Assembly (NCBI RefSeq): GCF_006345805.1
Contig: NC_042999.1
Span: 154,628,001-154,692,000 of the forward strand
Reading direction: 5' to 3'
Source: Octopus sinensis
Taxonomy: Eukaryota
Length of the DNA: 64,000 nucleotides
This document shows, piece by piece, positions 63,938-64,000 of this stretch (its first letter is position 1; every line of letters starts with the position of its first letter). A model generated the notes under the pieces. It was given only the letters and a program-made list of their open reading frames with translations. It searched no databases and was not told the DNA's origin. The translations under genes and the position numbers were made by a program.

Positions 63938-64000
63938 GCAATTTCAATATATTGAAAATAATAGCATCTCAACAAACCACAGCAGATATCCAAGGCACAC

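Overview
Eukaryotic, AT-rich, repeat-saturated DNA. The SINE, MITE and microsatellite complement looks like an octopus (coleoid cephalopod) genome; this is inferred from repeat recognition, not a database search. I cannot confidently support any intact protein-coding gene, rRNA, tRNA or CRISPR array, and almost all ORFs in the supplied track are microsatellite or transposon read-throughs. Contents: (i) dozens of tRNA-derived SINEs in about four families; (ii) decayed non-LTR retrotransposons (R4/Dong-type RT+CCHC+restriction-like endonuclease, RTE, CR1/I-group, Penelope-like GIY-YIG); (iii) Tc1/mariner elements, including a full-length 1277-bp mariner and a near-complete maT/DD37D copy; (iv) hAT, piggyBac-like and unclassified MITEs and several foldback palindromes; (v) at least 8 non-autonomous Helitron-like elements (5'-TC ... 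hairpin-CTAG-3', A|T target), including a seamless head-to-tail dimer; (vi) LTR remnants; (vii) a few candidate host exons at low confidence. The most notable signal is a set of hammerhead-ribozyme-like motifs in (TA)n-embedded, Penelope/retrozyme-like elements. The best one (54510-54558) has a complete catalytic core and all three stems. All folds, alignments and coordinates were done by eye and may be off by a few bases.
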